NCBI GenBank assembly: GCA_964446285.1
Contig: CAYUNT010000002.1
Location: 32-64,031 of the forward strand
Direction: 5' to 3'
From: an uncultured Candidatus Sumerlaeota bacterium
Lineage (GTDB): Bacteria > Sumerlaeota > Sumerlaeia > SLMS01 > CAYUNT01
Length of the DNA: 64,000 nucleotides
Made by a program: the position numbers and the translations under genes. The notes below the pieces were generated by a model that did no database searches, was not told where the DNA came from, and saw only the letters and a program-made list of their open reading frames with translations. This document shows, piece after piece, positions 9,539-19,112 of the stretch (position 1 is the stretch's first letter; the number at the start of each line of letters is the position of its first letter).

Positions 9539-10279
9539 TTACTCTTCTTCCATGCGGACTTGTTTGCGCGGCGTGCGCATCCACTCAATCCACAACCGCC
9601 ACGGATTCAGAACCGCCTCGAAAATGATCGCCTTGGACATCTTCGACTGTCCGCGCCGCCGCTCGGAATACACAATCGGTTCTTCGACCACGCGGCATCC
9701 AGCGCGGTGGACCCAAAATAGTGTTTCGACCAGGAACGAATAGCCGCGGCTGCGGATTTTGCGGCGCAAAATGGCCCGCAGCGCCCGCGCCTGGTAGCCG
9801 CGGAATCCGCTTGTGCAATCCGCATAGGGCATAAAGAGCGCCTTGCGGACGTATTGATTCGCGCCGAGGCTCAAGAGCAGACGGCTGATTTCCCAGTTGA
9901 GCACGCGCACGCCATCCACGAACCGCGAACCAATCGCCATGTCCGAGCCGCGCTCGAGCGCCGCGAATAGCTCGGGAATCGCCGCCGGGTCATGCGAAAA
10001 GTCCGCGTCGAGCGTCACCACATGATCGAAATGGTTATGAAGCGCCCAGGCAAATCCCTCGATCATTGCGAACCCGTATCCGCGCGGCCCTTTGCGCGAA
10101 AGCAGATTCACCGCTCCATCCCGGCGCGCCAGTTCCGCCACTTGCTCGCCTGTGCCGTCGGGCGAACGGTCGTCAGCGATAAGGATGGATGCCTGCGGAG
10201 CCACGGCGCGCAACCGCTCGATCAGCGGGCCGATGTTATCCGCCTCGTTGTATGTCGCGACAAGGATCAACTGCTTCAT
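9539..10279 (-). CDS. Polyprenol-phosphate mannose synthase-like glycosyltransferase (GT2, Ppm1/DPM1-like)
   Basis: ATYNEADNI, DDRSPDGTG, LDADFSHDP, IGSRFV, DCTSGFRGY, ERRRGQSKMS. Confidence 0.9.
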   Translation of the reverse strand: MKQLILVATYNEADNIGPLIERLRAVAPQASILIADDRSPDGTGEQVAELARRDGAVNLLSRKGPRGYGFAMIEGFAWALHNHFDHVVTLDADFSHDPAAIPELFAALERGSDMAIGSRFVDGVRVLNWEISRLLLSLGANQYVRKALFMPYADCTSGFRGYQARALRAILRRKIRSRGYSFLVETLFWVHRAGCRVVEEPIVYSERRRGQSKMSKAIIFEAVLNPWRLWIEWMRTPRKQVRMEEE

Positions 10280-10301
10280 TTTCGCCCGTTTCGCCCGCGC
10301 C

Positions 10302-11462
10302 TTACTGGCCGAGCAGCACAAGATTGTCGCGGTGGATCACCTCGGGATAGTCGAGGTGCCCGAGGACCTTTTCGATCTCGGCGGTTTTCAGTCCGCGGAT
10401 GCGCGCGCACTGCTCGCTCGAGAAATTCACCAGACCCTTGGCGAGCGCCGTTCCCTCGCCGTCGCACACCTCGACCACATCGCCCTTCTCGAACTCGCCC
10501 GCCACGTCCGTGACTCCGACGGCGAGAAGGCTTTTGTTGCCCTGAAGCAAAGCGCGCCGCGCCCCATCGTCGATCATGAGCCGCCGTCCGCGCGCCGAAC
10601 AGGCGAAAATCCAGCGGTCTCGCGCGTCCATGCGGGCGCCCGATTCCTCGCCCGGCACAAACAGCGTTCCCATTTCCTGTCCGGCGGCGATTCCGGCCAG
10701 CACGCCCGGCCGCGCGCCGTTGGCGATAACGACCGTCACGCCCGCCATCGTAGCCGCGCGCGCCGCCTCGAGTTTCGACGACATGCCGCCGCTGCCGAAC
10801 TTCGATTGTCCGCGCATCCGCGCCGGGGCGAACGCTTGCGTCTTGCCATACTCCACAAGCGGCACCAATTGGGCGCTCGCATCCTCGTGCGGATTGGCGT
10901 TCATCAGTCCCTCGACGTTGGTCAGGATAATCAGCAAGTCCGCCTTTATTTTCGAGGCGATCAGCGCCGAGAGGCCGTCGTTATCGCCAAACTTCAATTC
11001 ATCAATCGTCACAGTGTCGTTTTCGTTAATGATTGGCAGCACGCGGTCGCGCAAGAGCGTCTTGAGCGTATATTCGGCGTTGAGGTATCGGCGGCGGTCT
11101 TCCATATCCTCGCGCGTAAGCAGGATTTGCGCGATGTTGATGTCATACGCCTCAAAAATGGACGAATACACATGCATGAGCCGGCATTGGCCGATGGCCG
11201 CCAGCGCCTGCTTTTCCGGAATGGATTTGGGTTTTTCCTCGCGCCCCATCAGGCCGATGCCGCACGACACCGCGCCGGAGGTAACGTAAACCACTTCAAT
11301 TCCGCCGTGGATGAATGTGGCCATTTCGAGCGCCAAGCGGTTAATCAGGCGCACATTCAGCTTCCCCCGCCCTTCCGAAAGGACGTTCGACCCGCACTTC
11401 ACTACAAGGCGGTGGATAGGGCGGCTGGCAAATGGCCAGAATGGACGATGCGGTTTGGTCAT
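10302..11462 (-). CDS. proB: Glutamate 5-kinase with C-terminal PUA domain
   Basis: VVKCGSNVL, VTSGAVSCG, KQALAAIGQ, PIINENDTV..ELKFGDNDGLSA, GSGGMSSKLEAA, VIHRDNLV. Confidence 0.96.
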   Translation of the reverse strand: MTKPHRPFWPFASRPIHRLVVKCGSNVLSEGRGKLNVRLINRLALEMATFIHGGIEVVYVTSGAVSCGIGLMGREEKPKSIPEKQALAAIGQCRLMHVYSSIFEAYDINIAQILLTREDMEDRRRYLNAEYTLKTLLRDRVLPIINENDTVTIDELKFGDNDGLSALIASKIKADLLIILTNVEGLMNANPHEDASAQLVPLVEYGKTQAFAPARMRGQSKFGSGGMSSKLEAARAATMAGVTVVIANGARPGVLAGIAAGQEMGTLFVPGEESGARMDARDRWIFACSARGRRLMIDDGARRALLQGNKSLLAVGVTDVAGEFEKGDVVEVCDGEGTALAKGLVNFSSEQCARIRGLKTAEIEKVLGHLDYPEVIHRDNLVLLGQ

Positions 11463-11539
11463 TGAGGATACCTTTTCAAGTGACTGGATTGCAGCGTTTC
11501 TGCGACAAAGGAGTGATATGGTATGGATGCTTTTTCTGA

Positions 11540-11793
11540 AGCGCCGCAGGCGCGGCAAGGAAATAGCCCAAGGCAAGCGAAGCGCCGCCCTGGGAAGGCT
11601 CCCCCAAAATCCAAAGCCCTGACAGGGCGAAAAGATTCCTTCGGATGCCGCCCACATTCCATGCGCCAGGATGATGCGCACATGAATTGGAGGAAAACCA
11701 GGGTCCTGACGCCCCTTTCGGGGCTGGACATCTTTTATCGCTGTCTTCCCAGGGCGTTGCCCTGGGCTTTTTCCTTATCGCGCCTTTGGCGCT
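11540..11793. repeat. ~250-bp non-autonomous inverted-repeat element (REPIN/MITE-like)
   Basis: Left agcgccgcaggcgcggcaaggaaatagcccaaggcaa approximates the reverse complement of right ttgccctgggctttttccttatcgcgcctttggcgct; internal hairpins gccctgacagggc and gcccctttcggggc; no credible ORF. Confidence 0.7.
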
Positions 11794-11832
11794 CAAGAAT
11801 TGGCACGGCATTTTCTCTGCACTCCAGTCTGA

Positions 11833-12972
11833 TTATCCGTCTTTGTGATCCAACGAATCCCGCAATTCCGAGCCCTCTGGCGGATTTGCGGCCACGGGCG
11901 GTACCGACCCTTCGGCGTTCGTGACGTTGATTGCACTCAACTTATCATAAATCAGCTCACGCAGTTTCTCTATGTTTGTTCCAGCCTGCGCGGAAATAAC
12001 AAGCAGAGGAATCCCCCGGCGCTGAAAGGCCCGTTTCACGGATTTCAACGTCTCCTGGCTTAGCAAATCCGCCTTGTTCAAGCAAACCACTGTGGGCTTT
12101 TGCCCCAGAGCCTCGGAATACTGCGCCAGCTCCTCACGCACGAGCGCGTAGGAATACACAAGGTCCTCGATGAGGCGTTTTCGCGCCGGAACATCCTCGG
12201 GTTCGCCCACGCCGTCGGGCGGGCTGACCAGGTGGACAATCAGGCGGGTGCGTTCGATGTGGCGTAAAAACCGGTCGCCCAGCCCCGCCCCTGTGTGCGC
12301 CCCCTCGATCAGCCCCGGAATATCCGCAATCGTCACAGGATGCGCCAGCGACTCATCGACCATCACACCCAGATTGGGATGAATTGTTGTAAATGGATAC
12401 GCGGCGATTTTGGGATGGGCGCTCGTGACAGCCGCAAGCAGCGTGGATTTTCCCGCGTTCGGAAGGCCCACAACCCCAATATCCGCAATGGCCTTCAGTT
12501 CGAGGATCAGATTGCGTTCCTCGCCGGGTTCGCCGAATTCAAACTCGCGGGGCGTGCGGTTGGTCGAGGTGGCGAACGACTCGTTTCCGCGCCCGCCGCG
12601 CCCGCCGCGCGCCACAAGAACGCGCTGACCCGCCCGCGTCACGTCGCCCAGTTCCGCGCCCGAGTCCGCGTCAATCACGCAAGTCCCCAGCGGAACGCGC
12701 AGAACGATGTCCTCGCCCGAATGGCCCGCCTTGTTAAAATTAGCCCCTTTATCGCCTGGGCGCGCCTGGATGAGCGAACGCATCTTGAAATCGAGCAGCG
12801 TCACCATCGAGGCATCGCCCTCGAAGTAGATGCTTCCCCCCGTGCCCCCGTGCCCCCCGGCCGGGCCTCCTTCGGGAACATATTTTTCGCGCCGGAATGC
12901 CACTGCCCCATCGCCGCCATTGCCCGCCTTAACGTGCACACGCACAAAATCAACAAAATGAGAATGTTTCAT
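11833..12972 (-). CDS. obgE: GTPase ObgE/CgtA
   Basis: FVDFVRVHVKAGNGGDG..AFRREKYVP.GGP.GG, GLPNAGKSTLL, YPFTT, DIPGLIEGA, NKAD. Confidence 0.97.
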   Translation of the reverse strand: MKHSHFVDFVRVHVKAGNGGDGAVAFRREKYVPEGGPAGGHGGTGGSIYFEGDASMVTLLDFKMRSLIQARPGDKGANFNKAGHSGEDIVLRVPLGTCVIDADSGAELGDVTRAGQRVLVARGGRGGRGNESFATSTNRTPREFEFGEPGEERNLILELKAIADIGVVGLPNAGKSTLLAAVTSAHPKIAAYPFTTIHPNLGVMVDESLAHPVTIADIPGLIEGAHTGAGLGDRFLRHIERTRLIVHLVSPPDGVGEPEDVPARKRLIEDLVYSYALVREELAQYSEALGQKPTVVCLNKADLLSQETLKSVKRAFQRRGIPLLVISAQAGTNIEKLRELIYDKLSAINVTNAEGSVPPVAANPPEGSELRDSLDHKDG

Positions 12973-13196
12973 AATGGCGCCTGTTGTCTTTCGAGCTCCG
13001 GCTCTCTGGTTCCCTGGATTGCGTTTCCGGGCGGCAATATCTTTTCCGTTTCCGCCACCTGGAGCGGCGCGCCCGCTGGATGCGCGGGCTTGATCTAGCA
13101 CTTTCTCCGCCCACGCCAAACGCCGTCAATGGCGAAGCGCGTGTTACGAAATGACCGGGCGGCATCTTGACACAGTTTCCAACAAACCGGGAAAAA

Positions 13197-13280
13197 GCCC
13201 CGTCACCTCGTTCCGGGTTCTGCATACGCGGATGCGTCCTGGATCACTCTTTATGCAGAACCCCGAACGCAGTAAGGGGG
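13197..13280. repeat. Inverted REP-like doublet (family C, copy 2)
   Basis: GCCCCGTCACCTCGTTCCGGGTTCTGCAT ... ATGCAGAACCCCGAACGCAGTAAGGGG; arms match 4031-4115 but the spacer differs. Confidence 0.75.
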
Positions 13281-13439
13281 TGAAAGCGGTTTGGGTCGGC
13301 AATAGTGTCAAGATACGCCCCAAATGACCAAACCGTATCCCCGCGCAAATACCGTTAAGTTTGAATAAAGCCGCGGGCAAACGGACAAAACCTCTTGATA
13401 GATTGTCACGATTCGGCATAAAGGCAAAAGCGAGATGTG

Positions 13440-13546
13440 GGGCGGCTGTGTCTTGCGATTCTATATGATCGAGGAACCATTCTGCCGAAAAGGGATGTGC
13501 GTGGGGTAACTCGAAGAGGGTAGAATCATGCCAGACCGGTTCGCCC
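13440..13546 (+). other. Candidate structured RNA or 5' leader (long interrupted hairpin)
   Basis: Nested pairings GGGCG/CGCCC, GTCT/AGAC, GATTCTA/TAGAATC, TCGAG/CTCGA; ends about 15 nt before the TAAGGAG RBS. Confidence 0.35.
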
Positions 13547-13577
13547 GCCGATTTTTATCATAAGGAGTCTCGGAATC

Positions 13578-14741
13578 ATGAAGAAAACTTTGATCCTTGT
13601 CCTGTCACTGGCGGCCATGCTGTCGCTTACGACGCTGGCCAGCGCCGCGGATTTGCAATGGTCGGTGCTGGTTCCCGAAGCCACTATTCTAGCGGCCACG
13701 GGTGAAACCGGCTTCTCCGCCGGTTCTCTTTCCGTGAACAGCGCTGGCGTAATTGCGATGTAGGAGCGCACTTCCACCCACAAAGTTCTGCTGATTGACG
13801 CCAGCAACAACGTGACCCTGATCGCGACCGCGGTCCAGATTGCCGCCGCCATCGGCACCGCCAACGGAACCACGGATGACCCAATTGCCCTGCAAATCAA
13901 CATTCAGACTGTTCGATTCAATGCCGATGGCAACATTATCGTCTATACGCGCAATTCCGCCGGCACAGATGCCCAGGGCGATCAGGGAACGCTGCTGGCT
14001 ATCGAGCCGACCGCTCCCTACACGATCCATGTCCTCGCCACAGCCAAAAACGGCGGCAACACGCCGGTTCCGGGCGGCATGGGCATGGTTATGAACGGCA
14101 ACACGGCCTACATTCTGAACGACAACTACTATTTCCCGAACCTGGCGGAAGGCATTTATGCAATTTCCACTTCGCCCGTTGTTGATGACGGTTCGAAGAC
14201 CACGACGCTGATCGTCGATAGCGCCGCGCTGCAGGCCGCCAGCGGCGATTCCTCATCGGCTCTGGCCCTGAGCGACGGCGTTATGCTCGACGCCAACACG
14301 ATGATCCTCATTAACAGCGGCGTCACCGCCTCCAATGACAATTTGGTAAAAGTGGACCTCTCTGGAACGCCGACTGCTTCGCTGTATGTGGCGGCGACCG
14401 ACATTGAGGCCGACCTCGGCACGACGGACGTGGGCTTTACGGCCATCACCGCCGATCCTTCCGGCAAGGTGTATCTGCACAATTACTATGGCAACAGCAC
14501 GTTCGATGACGGCGTGGTCATCCTCAGCAACATCGTTCCACCCAACGCCGACGCGGCAATCGAACTCGAAACCAAAATCGCGACCGACCTCGGCGGAACC
14601 GACTTCAATAGCGGCGGATGGGACTCGCTGGCCTATAGCTCGGTTCGCGGCGGCGTTTTGATGCTGTCTGGCGGCACAGGCTGCAAGGGCGTTGTCCGCT
14701 GCGCGCCTGTTTCCGCCGTCAGCGACTGGACGCTTTACTAA
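13578..14741 (+). pseudogene. Secreted beta-rich surface protein interrupted by one in-frame TAG at codon 62 (pseudogene, sequence error or readthrough)
   Basis: RBS TAAGGAG; signal peptide MKKTLILVLSLAAMLSLTTLASA; TAG at 13761-13763, then the same frame continues ERTSTHKVLLIDASNNVTLIA... to TAA at 14741; ends SAVSDWTLY. Confidence 0.8.
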
Positions 14742-14857
14742 GATCAAGAACCTTGCGCGGACTGCGCCCCCGGCTCCCTGCGCCTGACCCGAATACGGCA
14801 GGCAGCGCCCGCCGCCAGAGGCAAATCCCGCGCGACACCGCAACGTGAAAACAACCT

Positions 14858-14894
14858 GGCCCGGGACGGCATCGCAACCGTCCCGGGCCTTTTT
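14858..14894 (+). terminator. Rho-independent terminator
   Basis: GGCCCGGGACGG-catcgcaa-CCGTCCCGGGCC followed by TTTTT. Confidence 0.85.
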
Positions 14895-14939
14895 ATTGTT
14901 CTCCCTATGTCTCGCGCTGTTCCTGGGATTGTCTTGGAA

Positions 14940-16202
14940 TCAGCGAATTTTTGATTCGTTCGGGCCGGTCCAAAGCAGCAGGGGGCGCACGTGTTTCCCT
15001 CCGCGCCCCGCGACGCTCTTTTCCGTCGGCTGCGGACGCCACCCGGCCTCGACCATGCTTTCGGTCTCTTCCCAGGGCTTGATGCCGCTCAGCGCGTCCA
15101 TCGCCGTCACATTGCACGCGCCGACGGCGTTGGCCATTTGCAGCGACCGCTCGAAGGCGCATCCGCGCAGGAACGACGCGATGAATCCCGCAATCGCCGA
15201 GTCGCCCGAGCCGGTCGCCGATGCCACCGGGTCCACCAGAAATGTCCCATGCCACAGCTCGCGCGCGCTCCAGTCATCGAGTCGATCCGCGCCGAGGTTG
15301 GGGATTTTCGCCATGACCTCGCGCGATGCGGTGCGGCCGTAAATTCCGCGCCACCCGCATTTGATGACGGCCACTTTCGCGCCCAAATCGAGCAGCCGCC
15401 CGCCGAGCCGTGTCAAATCTTCGGCCGTAAAGGAATCCAGCAGCGCCCGCCCCTCGCGCCGCGCCCGGTCGTGGCGCGCCATGAACTCCTCGCGCTCGAG
15501 CATGAACAGCATTTCCTCCGCGCTGGGCAAAAATAAATCCAGATACGGAATCGTCCGCTCCAGCACCTTGCGCCAATCCACGCGCCCTGAAGGGGCTGCC
15601 GGGTCGGGCAAGGCCATGTCGAGGCTGGTCGAAACGTGCGGGTGGCGCTCCTTGATGCGGCGGAAAATTTCGGTCAGTTCCGCGCCGTCGTTTTCGTAAA
15701 GGCGCTTCATCAGGGGCGGATAGCCGAGGTGAAAATGGCGCGAACGGCCCACGACCTCGTAATTCACGTCGTCGGCGCCGTAAGTGTTATTCGTGCCGGG
15801 GCAATGGAGGAACATGCGGTCGATGCCGGGAGGCGCGAGGACGATGGTGTAAGAAGTCTGTTCGCCCGCGACGCGAACCATGCTTTTGTCCAGGCCGCGC
15901 TGCGCCAGAAGCTCCAGAAGGCCTTTGGCGAAGAAGTCATCGCCCACCTTGCCCATCAACTCGACTTTCATCCCGAGCGTGCGCAGGTTGATGCCTGTGT
16001 TCGAGACCGGCCCGCCCGAAGACATGACGACCTCTCCCATTTGAGTGAGTTTTCCGGGGCGGAAGATGTCCTCAAAGGCCACCTCGCCGCGTTTGAAAGG
16101 GAAATGGGGAATGACGTCGAGGCAGATGTGTCCGGCGACAACGACGTCAACAGGGTTCTTTGGCGCTTTAGGCGATTTGGGCGGTTTCGAAGACGGGGTC
16201 AT
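14940..16202 (-). CDS. PfkB/ribokinase family carbohydrate kinase
   Basis: VVVAGHICLDVIP, GGPVSNTG, GKVGDDFF, FLPSAEE, SATGSGDSAIAGF anion-hole motif. Confidence 0.9.
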   Translation of the reverse strand: MTPSSKPPKSPKAPKNPVDVVVAGHICLDVIPHFPFKRGEVAFEDIFRPGKLTQMGEVVMSSGGPVSNTGINLRTLGMKVELMGKVGDDFFAKGLLELLAQRGLDKSMVRVAGEQTSYTIVLAPPGIDRMFLHCPGTNNTYGADDVNYEVVGRSRHFHLGYPPLMKRLYENDGAELTEIFRRIKERHPHVSTSLDMALPDPAAPSGRVDWRKVLERTIPYLDLFLPSAEEMLFMLEREEFMARHDRARREGRALLDSFTAEDLTRLGGRLLDLGAKVAVIKCGWRGIYGRTASREVMAKIPNLGADRLDDWSARELWHGTFLVDPVASATGSGDSAIAGFIASFLRGCAFERSLQMANAVGACNVTAMDALSGIKPWEETESMVEAGWRPQPTEKSVAGRGGKHVRPLLLWTGPNESKIR

Positions 16203-16429
16203 GGTTTGGTGTCTCCCAGAAAAGGCAGATAAGATAAGAGCGGACGCAAGCGATTGCGTGATTTGAGGAGTTTGGCGTGGCCGTGCAGCAACAAATGGCG
16301 GAGCCAACAAAAAATCATCCGCACGTCCGCGTCATTGCAATCGCTTACATTGTCTCCCTGCCGCGCGTCCATCCTTAAAATTGCATCGCTGGCGGATTGC
16401 GCCTGATTCTTTTGTCTCACAAAACAGGC

Positions 16430-18415
16430 CTAATCGCGGCCGCGCGCGCGGCGGGCCGCCTGGAGCAATGGACCGAGGGCGACTTGTTTGTCCACACGCG
16501 TTTCGCCACGGCGCACATCGATGAACAGGACGATATGCCTGCCTGCCAGAGCTGCTTGTCCTTCGCGCACAGGAACAGGAACAGAAGCAGAAGCAGAAGA
16601 AGCAGACCCGAAGATCTGCCCCACTTTTTCTCGCTCTTCAGGTAGAGCGTTCCACAAAATTAGAGGCAATTGCGCAAAATCCGCTTCGGATTCTATTTGG
16701 GCGCGAACAGTCACAACTCCGCCCAAGCCGGCCCGATTGCTCCTGCTTTCCTGGCTCGCATCGCCTTCGTGGGCGGGCGCGGAGGATTCGGAGGAATTGG
16801 AAAAATTGGAGGACTCGTGGCGCGCGTCCAGAGCCAAAACCCGCGCCAAACGCATGGGGTTGGATTCGGGATAAACATCTTCCTCAGCGACGCGGGTGCG
16901 GGGCGTGAAGTCGAAAAACCGCCACGGCAGCGGCTCGCCCTCACTGGCGCACCACATCTGATTGGCGTCGTAATAGACGATTCCCGGCGGATATTTCTCG
17001 CCTTTGGCTGGCCAGTCCGCAGGTTTCTGCACGTCCCCATACCAGACTACGCTCTCGTGGCATCGCAGGTGGTCTTCGAGAAGCATCATCTGGGCGGGAT
17101 GTTGTGCCGCTCCATAGCGCAAATTGAGCCAGGCCGCCACCTCATCGAGCGTCGCCGGGGTTGCCTCGCCCGGCGTCGCATCCAGGAACCGCCGCAGCAA
17201 ATCGGCGTTTTCGGGAAAGTGGCAATCGTGGTCTTCCTGGTGCATGAGGAAGCAGAATGCGTCGTTGAGCGCGGGCGGGGAAAGCGAAGGTCCTTCCTGG
17301 ATGAACCAGTCTGCGTTTTGCGGCGGGAAATTCCCGCGATAGCCTCGGAAAAAATCGCGCCAGTAATCGGGCTGCTCGAACATGATGCGCGACGCGCGCT
17401 GGTCGTCGGGATCGGTAGAAAAAATCACCGCGCCGCTCGGGCCGCTGTCGGGCGAATGGAAGCTCAGGAGCGCGTCGCGAGCCGTCCACTGGACCATCCA
17501 CAGGCGCGCCGGATGTCCCGCCGGGATGCGGAAATTCCCGCGGTCGGGTTTGTAGATGTCCCAAGGGCACCCGCGATGGAACATGCTTGTGTCGCAGGTG
17601 CGGTGATCGAACCCGACGCCCCAGAGGCACTCAAAACCCAGTTGATACGCGGCTTCGGTGAACTTCGATCCCACGCTTCCGATGAACTGGTCGATGGCAA
17701 GTGTCGCCGTGTAAAAATCGAAAAACGCTTCGGTGCGCCGGCGCGTCTCGCGCACAAGCGCCGTCACCTCCTCCTGCGATTTGGTAACGTTGTAATTCTC
17801 CGCCGAATGGTGGATGAAACTCGTCGGCATCACGCCGTAGTCGTCGCCGAATTCCAAACGCCAGCGCCGGATTGAGTCGTGCGCCTTGGCGGCCACTTTT
17901 TCGTCGATCAGCCACGTGATTGGGAGGCCTCGCTGGTGATACATCCGTTCGAGCTGGCGCAGTTTCGGCCAGGCGTCGCCTTCAAGCTCCAAGTTCTCCG
18001 GCGTTCCGCCAAACAGATAGCAAAGCGGGTCCCATCCATAGTGATAGTTGCTCGAAAGGACCATGCAAAGGAAAAACTCGCGCGGACGGAAAACCACGGC
18101 GGGAACAGTGAATTCGCGCCGCCCAATGCGCGCCCGCAACCGCCCGCGTCCGGGCCGGATGGCGCGCAACCCCACGCCCCACAGTGCGGGGGCATCCAGG
18201 CCTCCGCCAGATTCCACCCCCGCTGCTGCAACTGCTCCTTCCCCCTCTGCTTCTTCCGCGCGGCGCGGACGCGAATCCTCTTGCGGCGCAACGAAATCCG
18301 GCCATTCGATCCACTCGAAGGCAGGGCGGCGCGCCCGGCGGGCGGACCCGGCGCGAAAACGAAACTCGAATCGCATTCCGGCGATTCCCACCGCCTTGGA
18401 CGCCGTCTGGATCAT
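16430..18415 (-). CDS. Hypothetical protein, possibly a polysaccharide deacetylase/glycoside hydrolase-like barrel
   Basis: 661-aa ORF whose ATG overlaps the nusB stop (ATGA); GLPITWLID, FGDDYG, GCPWDIYKP, HQEDHD; fold assignment tentative. Confidence 0.65.
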   Translation of the reverse strand: MIQTASKAVGIAGMRFEFRFRAGSARRARRPAFEWIEWPDFVAPQEDSRPRRAEEAEGEGAVAAAGVESGGGLDAPALWGVGLRAIRPGRGRLRARIGRREFTVPAVVFRPREFFLCMVLSSNYHYGWDPLCYLFGGTPENLELEGDAWPKLRQLERMYHQRGLPITWLIDEKVAAKAHDSIRRWRLEFGDDYGVMPTSFIHHSAENYNVTKSQEEVTALVRETRRRTEAFFDFYTATLAIDQFIGSVGSKFTEAAYQLGFECLWGVGFDHRTCDTSMFHRGCPWDIYKPDRGNFRIPAGHPARLWMVQWTARDALLSFHSPDSGPSGAVIFSTDPDDQRASRIMFEQPDYWRDFFRGYRGNFPPQNADWFIQEGPSLSPPALNDAFCFLMHQEDHDCHFPENADLLRRFLDATPGEATPATLDEVAAWLNLRYGAAQHPAQMMLLEDHLRCHESVVWYGDVQKPADWPAKGEKYPPGIVYYDANQMWCASEGEPLPWRFFDFTPRTRVAEEDVYPESNPMRLARVLALDARHESSNFSNSSESSAPAHEGDASQESRSNRAGLGGVVTVRAQIESEADFAQLPLILWNALPEEREKVGQIFGSASSASASVPVPVREGQAALAGRHIVLFIDVRRGETRVDKQVALGPLLQAARRARGRD

Positions 18416-18891
18416 TTTTCTTCCTTTGCGTCTTTGCGCCTTTGCGGTGTCTCGCTCTCTTCGCCGCCGTTTCCGCCTTCTTCCTTGCGGAATTCGGCGA
18501 AAAGCGCGTCGAGAACGCCATTTACAAAGCGCCAGGCTTCCTCGTCGCCAAATTCGCGCGCCACTTCGATATATTCGTCGATGACCACGCGCGGCGGGGT
18601 GTCCTCGAAGTAAAACAACTCGGCGCAGGCGATGCGGAGCACGGCGCGATCGGTGGCGCAAAGCCGCTCAGGACGCCAGTTTTGCAGCGCGGCCTCGATG
18701 CGCGCGTCGATTTCTCGGATGTGTTCGAGCGCCGTGCGAACCAGCTGGAGCGAGCGGTCGGGCAGGGATTTTTTGCGTTCCGGCTCAAGCTGCGAATAGG
18801 CGCGCGCCGCTTCCTCGACGCTTTGGCGCGTATAGCCGATGGAATAGAGAAGTTGTATGGCAACGATGCGGGCGTAATGGCGTTTGGGCAC
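18412..18891 (-). CDS. nusB: Transcription antitermination factor NusB
   Basis: RHYARIVAIQLLY, IDARIEAALQNWRPERL..DRAVLRIA, PPRVVIDEYIEVAREFG, FVNGVLD. Confidence 0.95.
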   Translation of the reverse strand: MPKRHYARIVAIQLLYSIGYTRQSVEEAARAYSQLEPERKKSLPDRSLQLVRTALEHIREIDARIEAALQNWRPERLCATDRAVLRIACAELFYFEDTPPRVVIDEYIEVAREFGDEEAWRFVNGVLDALFAEFRKEEGGNGGEESETPQRRKDAKEEK

Positions 18892-19020
18892 GGCAGCTAA
18901 TATCCGGAATCAAGAAATTGAAAGTGGGAGCAAGACGCAAATAAAGGCCGCGCCGCTCCCGCTGGCGTTTGAAATGCAATCCCAGCGCCCCCTTCGCGCG
19001 CAAGCCGAGAAGACCTCTTT

Positions 19021-19104
19021 TTACCGCGAAAAACACAAAAGGAACGAAAAAAGACATGGAATTAAGGTATTCTTTTTCGTAATTTTCGCCTTTTTCATGC
19101 TTAA
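19021..19104. repeat. Imperfect inverted repeat, sibling of 9457-9536
   Basis: ttaccgcgaaaaacacaaaaggaacgaaaa ... tttttcgtaattttcgcctttttcatgcttaa. Confidence 0.5.
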
Positions 19105-19112
19105 TTCTTCTT

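Noticed and set aside
13761-13763. Genome-wide TAG reassignment
   Set aside because: Several genes in the window end at TAG at plausible C-termini, one only 4 nt before the next start codon.
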